A DNA stretch of 55,070 bases, the filler included, from Sphacelaria rigidula (taxonomy: Eukaryota), in assembly GCA_964200075.2 (NCBI GenBank). It is 4 parts of 4 records of this genome, joined end to end, with 100 filler letters (N's around TTAATTAATTAA, not from the genome) between each part and the next. Parts side by side here need not be neighbours in the genome. Positions count along the whole stretch, not along the records: positions 27,589 to 41,280 come from CAXNAA020002718.1; positions 41,381 to 55,070 come from CAXNAA020002719.1; 2 more parts are not named here. One strand, given 5' to 3'. Shown here piece after piece: positions 39,331 through 50,520 of this stretch (its first letter is position 1; the number at the start of each line of letters is the position of its first letter). Under the pieces are notes generated by a model. It was given only the letters and a program-made list of their open reading frames with translations. It did not search any database and was not told the DNA's origin. The translations under genes were made by a program, and so were the position numbers.

Positions 39331-39881
39331 AACCTCCTATCCAATCATGTGCGAGTGCTGTGACAGCGGGTACTCGTCGTTTCAAAGGCTTCACCAGTTA
39401 GTTGTTGCTGTCAGTGGAAGGAGCTGCGCGCGACTGTTGTAGTGGGACAGCACAGAACAACAGTACAAGGAAAATAACAATTGCTGCTATCCGGGTACCT
39501 CGCAGCTCTTGTTGACATGTGACGTGCAACTCCAGATTAAATCGATGGCTTGCTCTAGCTGCTGCGTGCTTTAATGAATAATCTCGCAAGGCAGAGCTTC
39601 ATCGCCGAGGTGACAATTCAGGATGTACGGCAGTTGGGGGTTGGGAGGGGTGTTTATTTCCGCAGATAGCGGTGTCATGCGTGCCGTTTTGATTTGATTT
39701 TATTGGCATCTGCGGGTAAATCTAACCAATGAACATTTACATGATTATATTGATTATTCGCGGTTCCTCTTGCATTGCGTTAGTCACACGCTCTCGCGGT
39801 GCACAAGACAGATAGCGGTTCCTTGCGTCTTCCCAACTTCAGCAGGATAGTGTACTTGGTACCGGAGAGGTTGAGTGAAAC

Positions 39882-40053
39882 ATGGCGCAGACGCAGCAGC
39901 AGCAGCAGCAGCAAAAACAGACCAGTGTAGGCAGGGTGCGGGAACGGTCAAGCACGTTTCCCATGATTCCGGTAGACGAAGCCATCGGAGATGTCCTGAG
40001 ACAAGCTGTACCCCTGGAGGCCGCTACAATGAAGCTTGCCGACATACCAAGAG
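39882..40053 (+). CDS. CNX1: Molybdopterin molybdenumtransferase (CNX1/MoeA E-domain), exon 1
   Basis: ATG, then ...RERSSTFPMIPVDEAIGDVLRQAVPLE..., with donor G|GTAAGT. This is a typical MoeA N-terminus. Confidence 0.88.
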
Positions 40054-41000
40054 GTAAGTGTGGCTATATGTGGGGTGTGCATGTGAGAATCCTTTGTATA
40101 TTATACTGTGGCTGTTTTGTGTTTTATGTGTGGAGAGTACGCGCGACACTCACTACTGCTTCCTTTTGTGACTCGTGGAAATTTCAGGAACAAACCCATG
40201 TGCAAAATAGGTTGCAGTTGGTTGTTCCGTTTGTGCGCGGACGCCACGCAGCTCCTGGGGAGGCTGAGGCAATGCGGCTCCTACAATGCAGCGCAGTCTT
40301 GAGACTTCAAACCCATGGTTCCTAGATGCACCGGTAAAGGAACAGGATTTCAACACTGCGCTGAATGATTAGTGCTCTATTTAAAGTGTCACATTTCAAT
40401 AATTGCGATAACGCGGGACGAACAAAAGCCAATGTTCTGTAGTACAGTGCAGGCTGAAACTGCCGGGTCAACTTCCTTCAAAAGCGAATCCAACGCCCGA
40501 TACCGAGAGATGGCTGTCGCACACGACTCGTACAACTACAGCGCGATGTCCTTCCAGTTAGCTCAGGAGAACAATGGTACTGCATACGAACTGCATTTTA
40601 CTGTATGTTGTATGTTTGCCAGCAGTCTTAGATGTGCCTGAACGACTGTGCTTTGCCAGCAAGGAAGTTCTGCGATAGGATCTTACTCGAACAGAGATGC
40701 GCACAATCCACTCCGGTCTACGGCTGACAGCTGTACAATACCTGCATGATACTCGCACAGCCAACAGGGGTGGTGAAAATGCGCTCTCACTAGTTATGTG
40801 GAAGCATACCCGTTCACCACCACCATGGCAACAAGCTATCGACGTGGCTCGTTCCGGTTGATTTCGTTCCTCCAGCAGCCTGCCAAAACAGACCAAGAGA
40901 GTGATGAATACGGGCCCACAGCTTACTCGAGGTTCACTTTTGTCCAAAACCCAACTCCCATCCCCCAAACTCTTCTCGCCGTGACATGGCCACCTCTCAG

Positions 41001-41110
41001 GAAGCATTCTGGCAGTAGACGTCACCGCGCCCGAGCCGCTGCCCCCCTTCCCAGCATCAATAATGGACGGGTACGCCGTCGTCGCAGCAGACGGCGAAGG
41101 CGTGTTGGAG
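41001..41110 (+). CDS. CNX1: CNX1/MoeA exon 2 (gene truncated by contig end)
   Basis: In phase with exon 1. [32 protein letters not shown] carries the hallmark PPF..S.MDGYA motif. Confidence 0.93.
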
Positions 41111-41280
41111 GTGGGCTGTTTTTTTTTTCCTTTCTCGCGTACCAGTATCGCAAGAGGACATCATAAGCGGAGATCGGCATACCCCTCCCGCCAACCCTCC
41201 TCTCTCTCTTCTCCCCCCCCCCCCACCCCCACCGCAAACTTTCGCGTGAGACTTGATCCAAAATAACCACAACAAATCAC

Positions 41281-41380
41281 NNNNNNNNNNNNNNNNNNNN
41301 NNNNNNNNNNNNNNNNNNNNNNNNTTAATTAATTAANNNNNNNNNNNNNNNNNNNNNNNNNNNNNNNNNNNNNNNNNNNN
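41281..41380. other. Artificial contig linker
   Basis: N44-TTAATTAATTAA-N44. Confidence 0.98.
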
Positions 41381-41470
41381 GCGAACACCCGGTGTGCTCC
41401 GTCCCGGCTTTGTAGGGATGCGAGATCAATGGTCTGATTACTATGGCATGCATGATCATGAGGACACCCT
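41381..41470 (+). mobile_element. 3' part of the SINE-like retroposon
   Basis: CCCGGCTTTGTAGGGATGCGAGATCAATGGTC...CATGAGGACACCC. Confidence 0.75.
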
Positions 41471-41611
41471 CGTCGAAACAGATTATGGTATGTATGCGCA
41501 CGTTTGGAAAAACCTACGAAGCTCTTTGCAGATGATGAAGTCAGTTCTGCTGGCCATGTCTATGAGTGTATGTACAGTTTCAGCCTGAGGCGAATCGTGG
41601 TGGTGATCGCG

Positions 41612-41634
41612 TTACTACCACCACCACCACCACC

Positions 41635-41695
<61 letters not shown>
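41612..41695. repeat. Compound (CCA)n(CTA)n microsatellite
   Basis: Direct reading. Confidence 0.95.
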
Positions 41696-41844
41696 TGGTA
41701 GTCAGCATCAGAAATTCGTAGTTGTTGCAGTTTTTGAGTTCCTCATGAGTATTACTCTTCATTACTACTTGAAAGGGCTAGAGCCGGTAGGTTTAGGGGA
41801 AAGCGTAGGCCGCGCTCAAAGCGCAGTGCTCAAGTTGGCGTTTT

Positions 41845-42250
41845 GGGGGGGATACGGACTAGATACCCTGTTTATCAGGAGGGTCTTATTGACCGTGAAT
41901 GGTCCAATGAAGACAGTTTTCCGGCTCTTCCGCAACGAAACGGTAAATATTCAGATAAATGAATACGTATACAATTCTCCACAATAACGATCGAGATCGT
42001 GTTTACCTCCTACACTGCACAGACCTCAGTCAAGCATTTTCTGCGGATGACTTCTTTTCGTTTTTTTTTCGTATAACATTTTCCATGAGCACTCGAAAGT
42101 GCTGACATCGATAGTTTCGGCAAAAAAAACAGACCGTGCTCAGATCACAATGCCGAACTTATTGTTATGGGGGCGATACGGAGTAAAGACCCCGTTTATC
42201 AGGAGGGTGTTATTGACCGTGAATGGTCCAAGAAACATAGTTTTCCGGCG
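41845..42250 (+). repeat. ~80-bp direct repeat pair
   Basis: GATACGGA...GTTTATCAGGAGGGT.TTATTGACCGTGAATGGTCCAA...AGTTTTCCGGC occurs at ~41850-41925 and ~42175-42250. Confidence 0.85.
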
Positions 42251-42723
42251 TTAGTGCAGTGAATAGGTGGAATTGACAAAAAAACAAATTGAGTCTTCAC
42301 TTGTATGATCGGGATCGAGTCAGCCCACAGAAAATATCGAAAAGCTAGAACCTGGGGTTGCACTTTCGCAAGACCCCCGAAGATCGGTCGAATCCGTAGG
42401 TCACTCAATATTGATCATCGATATTTTTTCGTTCAATAGTTGTCAAGAGGATAACATTGTCTCCAGATGCCCATTTTTTGGCATTTAACAGTCACTGTGA
42501 TGAGCGGTGGCAATCGAAACAAGGTTAGAAAATCTTTGAGAAGCTAAGAAATTACGAATTGCGCATACATCTGACGCTGACAACTGTATCACTACTACAT
42601 CTGCTTTTATATAGTTTGGAGTGAACCCTGGACGACGATTCGAACGCAACATAGTTTTGTTGTTCCTATTTGCCTCGTGCTATGTTTAAGGTCTTACCGC
42701 GACGAATTGGCTCCCCGCAACAG

Positions 42724-42858
42724 GTAATGGCGGACAAGATGCGGCTGTACGCGGGTGACGAGGATATTGACCTGGAGGAACTAGAGAGGGCGTTGACAAT
42801 CGTTAGGAGGAAGATGGCAAGCCCAGAATCCTTCCCAGGGTTCCTTGAAAAGCCTGAG
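42724..42858 (+). CDS. RPGRIP1L: RPGRIP1L/Fantom (ciliary transition-zone protein) internal exon A
   Basis: AG/GT bounded, phase 0. VMADKMRLYAGDEDIDLEELERALTIVRRK...FLEK resembles the RPGRIP1L coiled-coil segment upstream of the first C2 domain. Confidence 0.75.
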
Positions 42859-42897
42859 GTATATAGGTTGGTGCTGACGGGTTGTATTTCGCGGGAG

Positions 42898-44751
42898 GGG
42901 GGAGTACTCATTTGTTGCTTGCCTCAATGATTTGACCATTGGCCACACATTCCTTTCGGGACGGAGCGCCGTTCCTACCCCTAGTAGAGGCACCTCCTTC
43001 GATATGTGGACAGTCATTGCGATTCTCCATACATTGCACAAAAACCTTATACACATCTTATTCCTTCCCTGTTTCGCCGTCTGTGGCCAGCATCTGTCTC
43101 CTAGTATAGCGATCGTTTTCTCGCAAAAATCTAATGTACTAAACAGTTTCATACTACCTTCGTTTACTTCGCACGTTTCTCCCTTCAACACATCTCGTTC
43201 TTCGTTCTATAGTTCACGTTTCCCCACTATATGGGTTCGACTCTCTCTTTCTTTGCCACTGTGGCAATACTGTACATGTACTTCCCCCTTCACCCGACTA
43301 CCGGTGTACAGTACCTCTTTCCATTTTTTGGCGGATCCAGGTCTCCCACCCGAAATCGCAGTTTCAGCTTTGTGGCGTAGTCCGTTGAGCCGTGCAGATA
43401 TGGCCATGCAGATGTGTGTTCACCCCTATCCCTTTTTCTCAGCTCGCGGTATACCTTCATGTGCTGTTCCTCGTCCATCTCCTATCTTAGCGCTCGTTTC
43501 CCCCTTAATTCTATCAAGTCTTTTACTTTTTGTCTTGGACCCCCCACATGCATCTTATGGACATTGTCTCGTCTTGGTTTCATTTCACATATTTTCCTTC
43601 TGTCTCGGCAACACTATCCCACCTAATTTCAACCCTTTCGTTGCTTTCTTCCATACAGCCCTACCGACTATGACTGGTAATATTGCATTCGACGCGGTCC
43701 TTACGCTATGTTGTCATTACATTTTCCCCTGGTCTCTAAGCGTTGCATGGCAAGTGGGAACATTCGCTATTGTGCTACCAATCGTGTAATACTCGTCGTT
43801 TTTGAGCATCCAAGTATTTTCGTAGCTGCTGCCGTCCGTACTGTTTCCAATCGCTTCCCCAGCTTTGCATTCCCTTCCCATACTTCTCGTATATATTCTA
43901 GCTTCGGAACAATCATATCCATCATAATTCATCTCTCATCCTAGTATCTATATGCGAATCTCTTAAGATCACGTCCATCTTGCCCATCTGTGCCTTACCC
44001 TATCCTACTACTTGATCTATGTCTGAATCCGAAGGACATTTTGTTTTTCTTCTTTACACCAGCTATTCTATATTGATCTACAATCGGCAACTCCTCTACT
44101 TCCCGCTTCGGGTTGAACTGTACCAGGTTCTCCTTATCTTTGTTACATACAACTACCGCGTATTTGTTCGCCTTCGCGGTCAACCTTCATTTCCTAGTGT
44201 ATCCTAGCGCCTCGTCATTTCGTTTTCTGCAATACTTCAAGTATTTCTGATACTCCCATGAAATCATCCGCGAACATCAATCCCGATCTCTATCATTGTC
44301 CCACATCCAACTGTACAACATAACCATCGTGGGAATCATTCCCTCTCCCCCGTACTTCATAAACTCGTTCGCTACTTCGTCTGCCCTTACTCCTTTTCTA
44401 ATCTTGAGTTTAGCCACATGCCTCCTTTGCTTCCTCTCTTGCGACCTACGTCCTCAATTCTTCTGAACCCACTATCTTCCCGTTTCGACGCGTCTACATT
44501 CCCCTCCGCCCACGCGTTGGTTTCTTCATTGAATTCCGAGTCGAAGCTCTTGTTGGTTGTTGTCGCTCCTAGTTTCGGTAGTGCTCTACTACTACCTTTC
44601 TCCTCCCCTTCGAACTACTAACCACTTTACGGTTCTGTGCTCTTAGTGTGGCTATCCCCTTGTCTACCTCTCCTACCCGTTTGTGCAGTATCCCTTTTAT
44701 CCTTACCCACATTTGCTTCATCCTGCCATCAAAGTCTTCATTTATATGATG
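42898..44751 (-). mobile_element. Decayed, internally deleted LINE (3' part); interrupted by Copia and continuing at 49776-49840
   Basis: The minus strand reads NEDFDGRMKQMWV, KYGGEGM, GLMFADDFMGV (~44255-44283), KLKLRFRVGDLD, HIVG and IAILGDRCWPQTAKQ. It ends AAATGAGTACTCCCCCC. Confidence 0.9.
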
Positions 44752-44957
44752 TGCCAAATAACAGACAACAGCAGGCTACTCAACATGTAATGCAGTGTTC
44801 GTATTTGTATGCAGGCGTGCTCATGATGTAATTATGACAACGACGACACTCAGGCAAAGCCCTGATTAGTTCACTCTGAGTTTGGATACTATTCCTCTGC
44901 ATAGAGGACCGTCGAGAGCTGTAGCAGTGATCCACTGCATGCTCTACTGATACAGTA
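44752..44957 (+). repeat. Copia 5' LTR
   Basis: TG start. It shares AGACAACAGCA, AAGCCCTGATT..TTCACTCTGAGT and ACTGCATGCTCTACTGAT with 49596-49775. Confidence 0.9.
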
Positions 44958-47700
44958 GGTTTGAACCCCTGTTTGGGTATTGAGCCTATGCAACACAGGG
45001 GACACAGGGTCAACTTCGCCCTTGAAAAAGGAGATATTCTCTCTCTAGCGAGGAACCCGGCGAGTATTCGTCATGGTACACAGTCATGCTTGATCTAAAG
45101 AGGGAAGAAGGAGTTGGAAAGGTGACGACTGGAGCTGAGACAGCTCCGAACCAACTCCGCGAGGGAGTCGCAGACCCACAGAAAGGCTAGTACGCCAAAG
45201 CGCTGGGTGAGAACTATAAGAAGAATGGCAAATTATTCACACGGCTCCTTCTGGCGACCAGTGAACACCTCTCAAAGGTTTATTTTAATGCAGCAGCACA
45301 ACTGGTAATGACATCGGTGCTCATAGATGGCGCAGGCGAGCACGGTGATGTTCGAGCGGTAGTAGTTGCTCTCAACACGAGGTGCCGCCGACACGGCGAA
45401 GCTCGTACGATGCAAGAATTGCATGACTCGATGTCGATCTTCAAAAGTGACGTCGGCGGAAGTATATGATCCCACATGGGTTCTAATGCCGTTGCGCGGC
45501 ATCTTCGTCGAGCTCAAAGGTTCCGTAGACGATGTCATTTCGGGGCGCCAAAAGCAAGCAATCCTAAAATCTCTACCTGATCCGCAGTGTGCCCCGATGA
45601 AGGACGCTTTGGTGTGCGGCGAGGGCGCAACAGCCCCGGTCAATTACGATAAGCTGCTTGGACAAGTAACGTCGTTCTTGCCCTTGCAACTGCGTGATGA
45701 GTTTAGTGGCCGAGCTGCGCCAAATAGAACAACTGACTCTGAACACGCCAATAGCGCCACGCGCCCGGGACCACGCGGCTTGCGCTGGAACACCGATCGT
45801 GGCCTTAAACATCTCGTCTGATGGCAACTCCGACACCATTACTCAGTGCAGGAGCACACTTCAGCCTTCTACACGTGTAGGCCGCAGAGGCCGCGGCGCT
45901 CATGAAGGTGGCCGAGGCGGGCGCCGGGGTCGTCAACAGCGCAGAGGTGTCAACAGGAATGGTCACCGCAACTACTGCAGAGCTTCAACTGAGCACGGTT
46001 GGGACGAATGTCGTCTTTGCCTCGATCATGAGCGTACGGATGCCCTCACAGCAGCACCAGCAAACACGTCGACAACAACTCCCGGGGAGGCTACAGCCAC
46101 GGCTTGCAGTACACACCCGTACTCCGCAAAATCCTGTGAGAGGTTTGTTGGACTCCGAGTGCACGCTTGGAGATGCACCGGTTTTGAATCATGCAACGGA
46201 CACCGCAGATGTACAGTTTCTAGCTGTTCGTGGTACTTCAGCGTTCCCGACCACAACAGCGTTTTGACATGGCGGCAGCTTCCACTGACAAAATCATAAT
46301 TCTCCGCTCGTGCTGCTTGTCGAGACGCCGGCTGACGGCAAGGTGAGGGTGAAAGACTCCTACGGTGAACCTTCGGCGAAGAAATATTTGCACCTCTGGA
46401 AGTGCTGGGTTTTTTCAACCTCGGTGCAAACTTGTTCCCCATCGGGGCACTGCGCGAACAAGGAGTAATGGCCGGCCTGATGTCGACACCGCCAGCTTCA
46501 CGCCCCCGAACCACGTTCTCCCACTCTCAGCCAAACTACCGTGGATGTTCGGCATGCACCTGATCTTGGGTACGGTTGATGAAATCCAAAGCTCTCACCG
46601 CCAGGCTGTTCATGCCAAATCTGTGGCGTAGACATATGGGTCACAGAAGTCCGTAAGTTTAGGATAAAGTGGCCGACAAGACGGCAACTGGTGTGAAGTT
46701 CACGAAGAATATCAAGCCTGGCAATCGCGACATCTGTTTAATACCGAACAGCAAAAAACTCCCTCACCCGGCGTCAACGCACCTTCTATCTGAGGCACGC
46801 CTTGCGAAGGTTCACGTCAATCAGTAGGGGAAGCAGCCCGTATCGCCCTTTGGAGGGCGCCAGTACATCGCGATATTTACCGATGACGAGTCGCGCGGAC
46901 GATGGGTTATGCCTATCACCTCAAAGGGTGAAGCAGTCGAGGCTGGAGCTCGTGGTGAAGACCGTCGCTGACCAACGGTATCTTAAGCGGCAGGACAAGA
47001 TGTGATGGCGGTGGGGAAATCCAGGGAAGGCTTCAACAACTTGCGGAATCCCTGGGGACCAAGATCGAAACAAAAGCGCCTGGCATACCAAGGGAGAATG
47101 CTCTTGCTGAATTGAAGCTTCGAAGCCATCATTGGTATGGCTCGCGGCCTGATGTTGAGCGCCCTTCACCTTCAATCGGAGCTGTTCCGCGATGCGGTAA
47201 AGACGGCCGTTTATGCCCCTAACCGGACGCCTGTTGATGTTCCAGATGGCAAAGCTCCTTTGGGAGTATGGATGGGTGAACCGCTTGGAGCCCTCGAACA
47301 CATGTCTGAATTCGGATCGATCGCGTTCAGGCACATAGAAGACCTACGATGGACCGGCAAACTTACCTCCGGCGCGCTCATGATGTTCCTTGCGGGGTAC
47401 GCTCAAAGGACATGGCGTACCCGCTGTGGTCGTTGGACATACCTCGCGACATCCTCGTATCCGACGAGGGGTCATTTCTCGAGAAGAATTCCTACAACGT
47501 AACCGTCCTGGCCTACGATTCAGATCCTTGCCCAGAGAACGACAAAGACTCGCTCGCCAATACAACTTCTGAATGGTCGCTCTCCGAACCTGAAGTCGTG
47601 GATTAGCAAGAGTGTCAGATTCGTTAGGGTGACCGACAGCATTACGTGGACGACATTTTTGTGGCAGGTGTTGACACAAACCAGGTCGTGGAGAATCATT

Positions 47701-47961
47701 CAAGGGCCGGTTGCATGCTGATTCGTCTGAAAATTACGTGCTTTCCGTGTAATTGATTCGTACCGTACGAATCAATCCTTGGGATTTGTTTTCAGCGTTG
47801 CACCCCAGATACGCGCACCTCAGGTACACATGGAATAGCGCAAAATTCGCCTAGATACGATTTTGACCCGCGGTCGGCGCTATTTCTCTCTTTTAAGCAC
47901 TCAGGCTTCAGAAATCGTAGGTTGTCGCGATTAGAACCAGCCATAACTCGCCCGACTCTTG
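47701..47961. mobile_element. 261-bp hAT-like MITE inside the Copia RT
   Basis: Perfect 8-bp TSD GAATCATT (47693-47700, 47962-47969). Termini CAAGGGCCGG and CCGACTCTTG are an 8/10 inverted match. Confidence 0.8.
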
Positions 47962-48060
47962 GAATCATTGAGCTGCTCAAGCAGAGCTTCGAAAGTGTTG
48001 ATTCCGGAGATACCAAGCCCTTCCTCAGCATAGGCATCAAGCGTGATGCGAACGTAGGGA

Positions 48061-48872
48061 CTATCCGTGTGACGCAGGCATCGTACCTCCAGGAACATCC
48101 TCGAGACGGCCAACATGATGGACGTCAAACCGACGAAAGCATCTGCTGAAAGTGTCTCCGATAGTCATCGATGAAGAGGATATGTTGACACTAGAGAGAA
48201 GCACATGCTTCAGGTCTGCGACGGAAGCCCCGTTGTACTTGAGCAGATGCACCGGCCTGACATGACTCATGCTGTGATGGCTCTGACAGGGAGTGCGTCC
48301 AAACCAGGCCCGCACGCGATGATCAGACTGAAACGCGTCATGAGGTATCTGAAAGGCAAGGTGAGCTTGGGTTTGACTTACAGCGAGGACGCGGAGCTTG
48401 GTGATAAGCTAGTTGTAAACGTGGACTCTGACCACGCAGGTTATACGGACCAGGGCTACTCCACAACGCGAGCGGTCATGTTTCTGTATCACCTGCGTGG
48501 TCGGAGTCCACGTATGCAACCGGCTTATCCCCGAGCCCTCCGTTCTAGATGAAGGTCAAACCTACACTTACAGTGCCTTTCAGATACCTCATGACGCGTT
48601 TCAGTTTGATCATCGCGTGCGGGCCTGGTTTGGACGTACTCCCTGTCGGAGCCATCACAGCATGAGTCATGTTAGGCCGGGTACATCCGCTCGAGTACAA
48701 TAGGGCTCCCGTCCGCACACCTGAAGGATGTGACGTTCTCTGGTGTCAGCATCTTCTCCTCATCAATCGCTGTCGGAGATACTTTCAAGAGGCGTTTTCT
48801 TTTGTTTGACGTCCGTCATATTGATCGCTTCCAGGATGCTCCTGGCGTACAATGCCTGCGTGACACGGATAG
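48061..48872. repeat. Fold-back inverted duplication (~390-bp arms, ~30-bp loop)
   Basis: 48481-48872 is the diverged reverse complement of 48061-48450. Confidence 0.93.
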
Positions 48873-49595
48873 GAACTGTGGGAGCTGTCTTGTTTATGTC
48901 AGGAGAAGGAGAACTAATTGATTGGACATCTAAGCTTCCCACAGTCGCGGGTGTCTCTACGGTGGAGGCAGAGCACGTGGCACTATCAGCTAGTCTCCAG
49001 GCAATTTCACCCACAGAATCTGTTTGAGACGGCGAGTCAAGACCAATTACTTCCGGTGGCAAATGTTTGAGGGTAACCACGGAATTATTCGAATAGGCAC
49101 AACAAACAAGATCAACCGTAGGATGAAGCACATCGACATCAAATTCCATCACGCCAGGGCGCTCAGAGAGGAAAGAAGTGATTGATGTAAAATCCATCAA
49201 AGACGGACAGCCAAAACCTTGGCATTTTAACCAAAACGTTGGGGCGGTAAAGTTCTTGAGGAATCGCATAATGTTGATGGGCGAGTGACTTTTGGGTGGT
49301 TCATGACATGGGAAGGTTTGTGTAACTGAAAAATTCCCGCTGCTGAAAGAAATGACACGTAGTGACTGTTTTTTACTTGCGATTCAAACACAAGCAAGTA
49401 CTTTAAGGTGGCATTGTTCTTGTGGAATACTGAGCGAGAGATTCGAGTCTTGTGCATGGGAAGTAGAATGGAGTAACTCTCGAGAGGACAACAAGCATGA
49501 TGGTAGATTTTGATAAAATAGGTGTTTGTTGTTTATTTTGATTTTGAGTTGAGTTGAATTTGTATTCATGTGAAGATGAAATGGTTGAGAAGGCA

Positions 49596-49775
49596 TGTCA
49601 AGGAATAGACAACAGCAAGCTATTCACTATGTAGTGTTTGTATATGTAACCGTCGTATCGACGACACTTGGACGAAGCCCTGATTGATTCACTCTGAGTG
49701 TTGATGCTACTCCTCTACGTAGAGGACTGCCGAGAGCGGTAGCAATGATCTACTGCATGCTCTACTGATGTAGCA
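49596..49775 (+). repeat. Copia 3' LTR
   Basis: TG...CA termini, preceded by purine-rich GAGAAGG. Confidence 0.9.
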
Positions 49776-49860
49776 GTTACAAAGCCTTCTCATCATAACT
49801 ACACCTGACCATATTCCCTTCTTTCTCTTCTGGTATATCCGGGAGGAGGGGGGGTGTACC

Positions 49861-50212
49861 GGGAGGGTGTACTCATGATCTTGCTTGCCGTAGTCATAAA
49901 ACCATTGACCTTGCATACCTACAAAGCCGGGACCGAGCACGACGGGTTTTCGCTGGACCAGGCTCGCAATCTGATCACCAAGCGCGAAGGGCCGTGATGT
50001 GTTCGACGAGTCGGTTGAGGCCCGAGCTGCATCCTGCCAAGATTGCTCGGCCTGAGTCGTATTAACTGCCAAGCATATGGATGACAGTCTTCAATGAGTT
50101 GCTTCGTTTTCTGATATCGCCTCGCGCGGCATGTACGGGGGTATATTCATGATTTTGCATGCCGTACGCATAAAGCCATTGACCTTGTACCCCTGCAAGG
50201 CCGGGACAGAGC
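49861..50212 (-). mobile_element. Two stacked truncated SINE-like copies
   Basis: Tails GGGTGTACTCATGATC (~49865) and GGGGGTATATTCATGAT (~50137), each followed by the reverse-complement body. Confidence 0.75.
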
Positions 50213-50520
50213 ATACATATGCGGGGAGATGAGGGTCAGCGCAGCATATGGATACCCCAATGATTGATTTCGTTTCCGCTTTTGATGTCGTTCGTCGCCT
50301 GTGTTGTGAACTGACTGTGATATATTGGTGTATTGATGTACTTGAAGTAGGCGCGTACTGGCGTATTGATGAGTAGATACATTTATGCGCTGATTGGTTG
50401 ATGTGTTGGTGTTTTGATGGATTAATATATGTGCATACAGATGCTAGTGCGTTAATGAACACAATTATATGTTTCTGTATGTTTTCCCGCAGATTACCCC
50501 CCCCCCGCGCGCATCAACCA

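Larger units (their letters stand above)
44752..49775 (+). mobile_element. Decayed Ty1/Copia LTR retrotransposon with both LTRs
   Basis: Gag-like region (AILKSLP), integrase remnants (AVKTAVY.PNRTP), RT HYVDDIF (~47640), RPDMTHAV, LKRVMRYLKG, VDSDHAG, STVEAEHVALS and KHIDIKFH. LTRs at 44752-44957 and 49596-49775. Confidence 0.93.

Noticed and set aside
41110..42858. Exon 42724-42858 as a continuation of CNX1
   Set aside because: It lies across an artificial linker and matches the RPGRIP1L exons instead.
42932..43789. 285-aa hydrophobic plus-strand ORF
   Set aside because: It is the antisense shadow of the purine-rich LINE coding strand.
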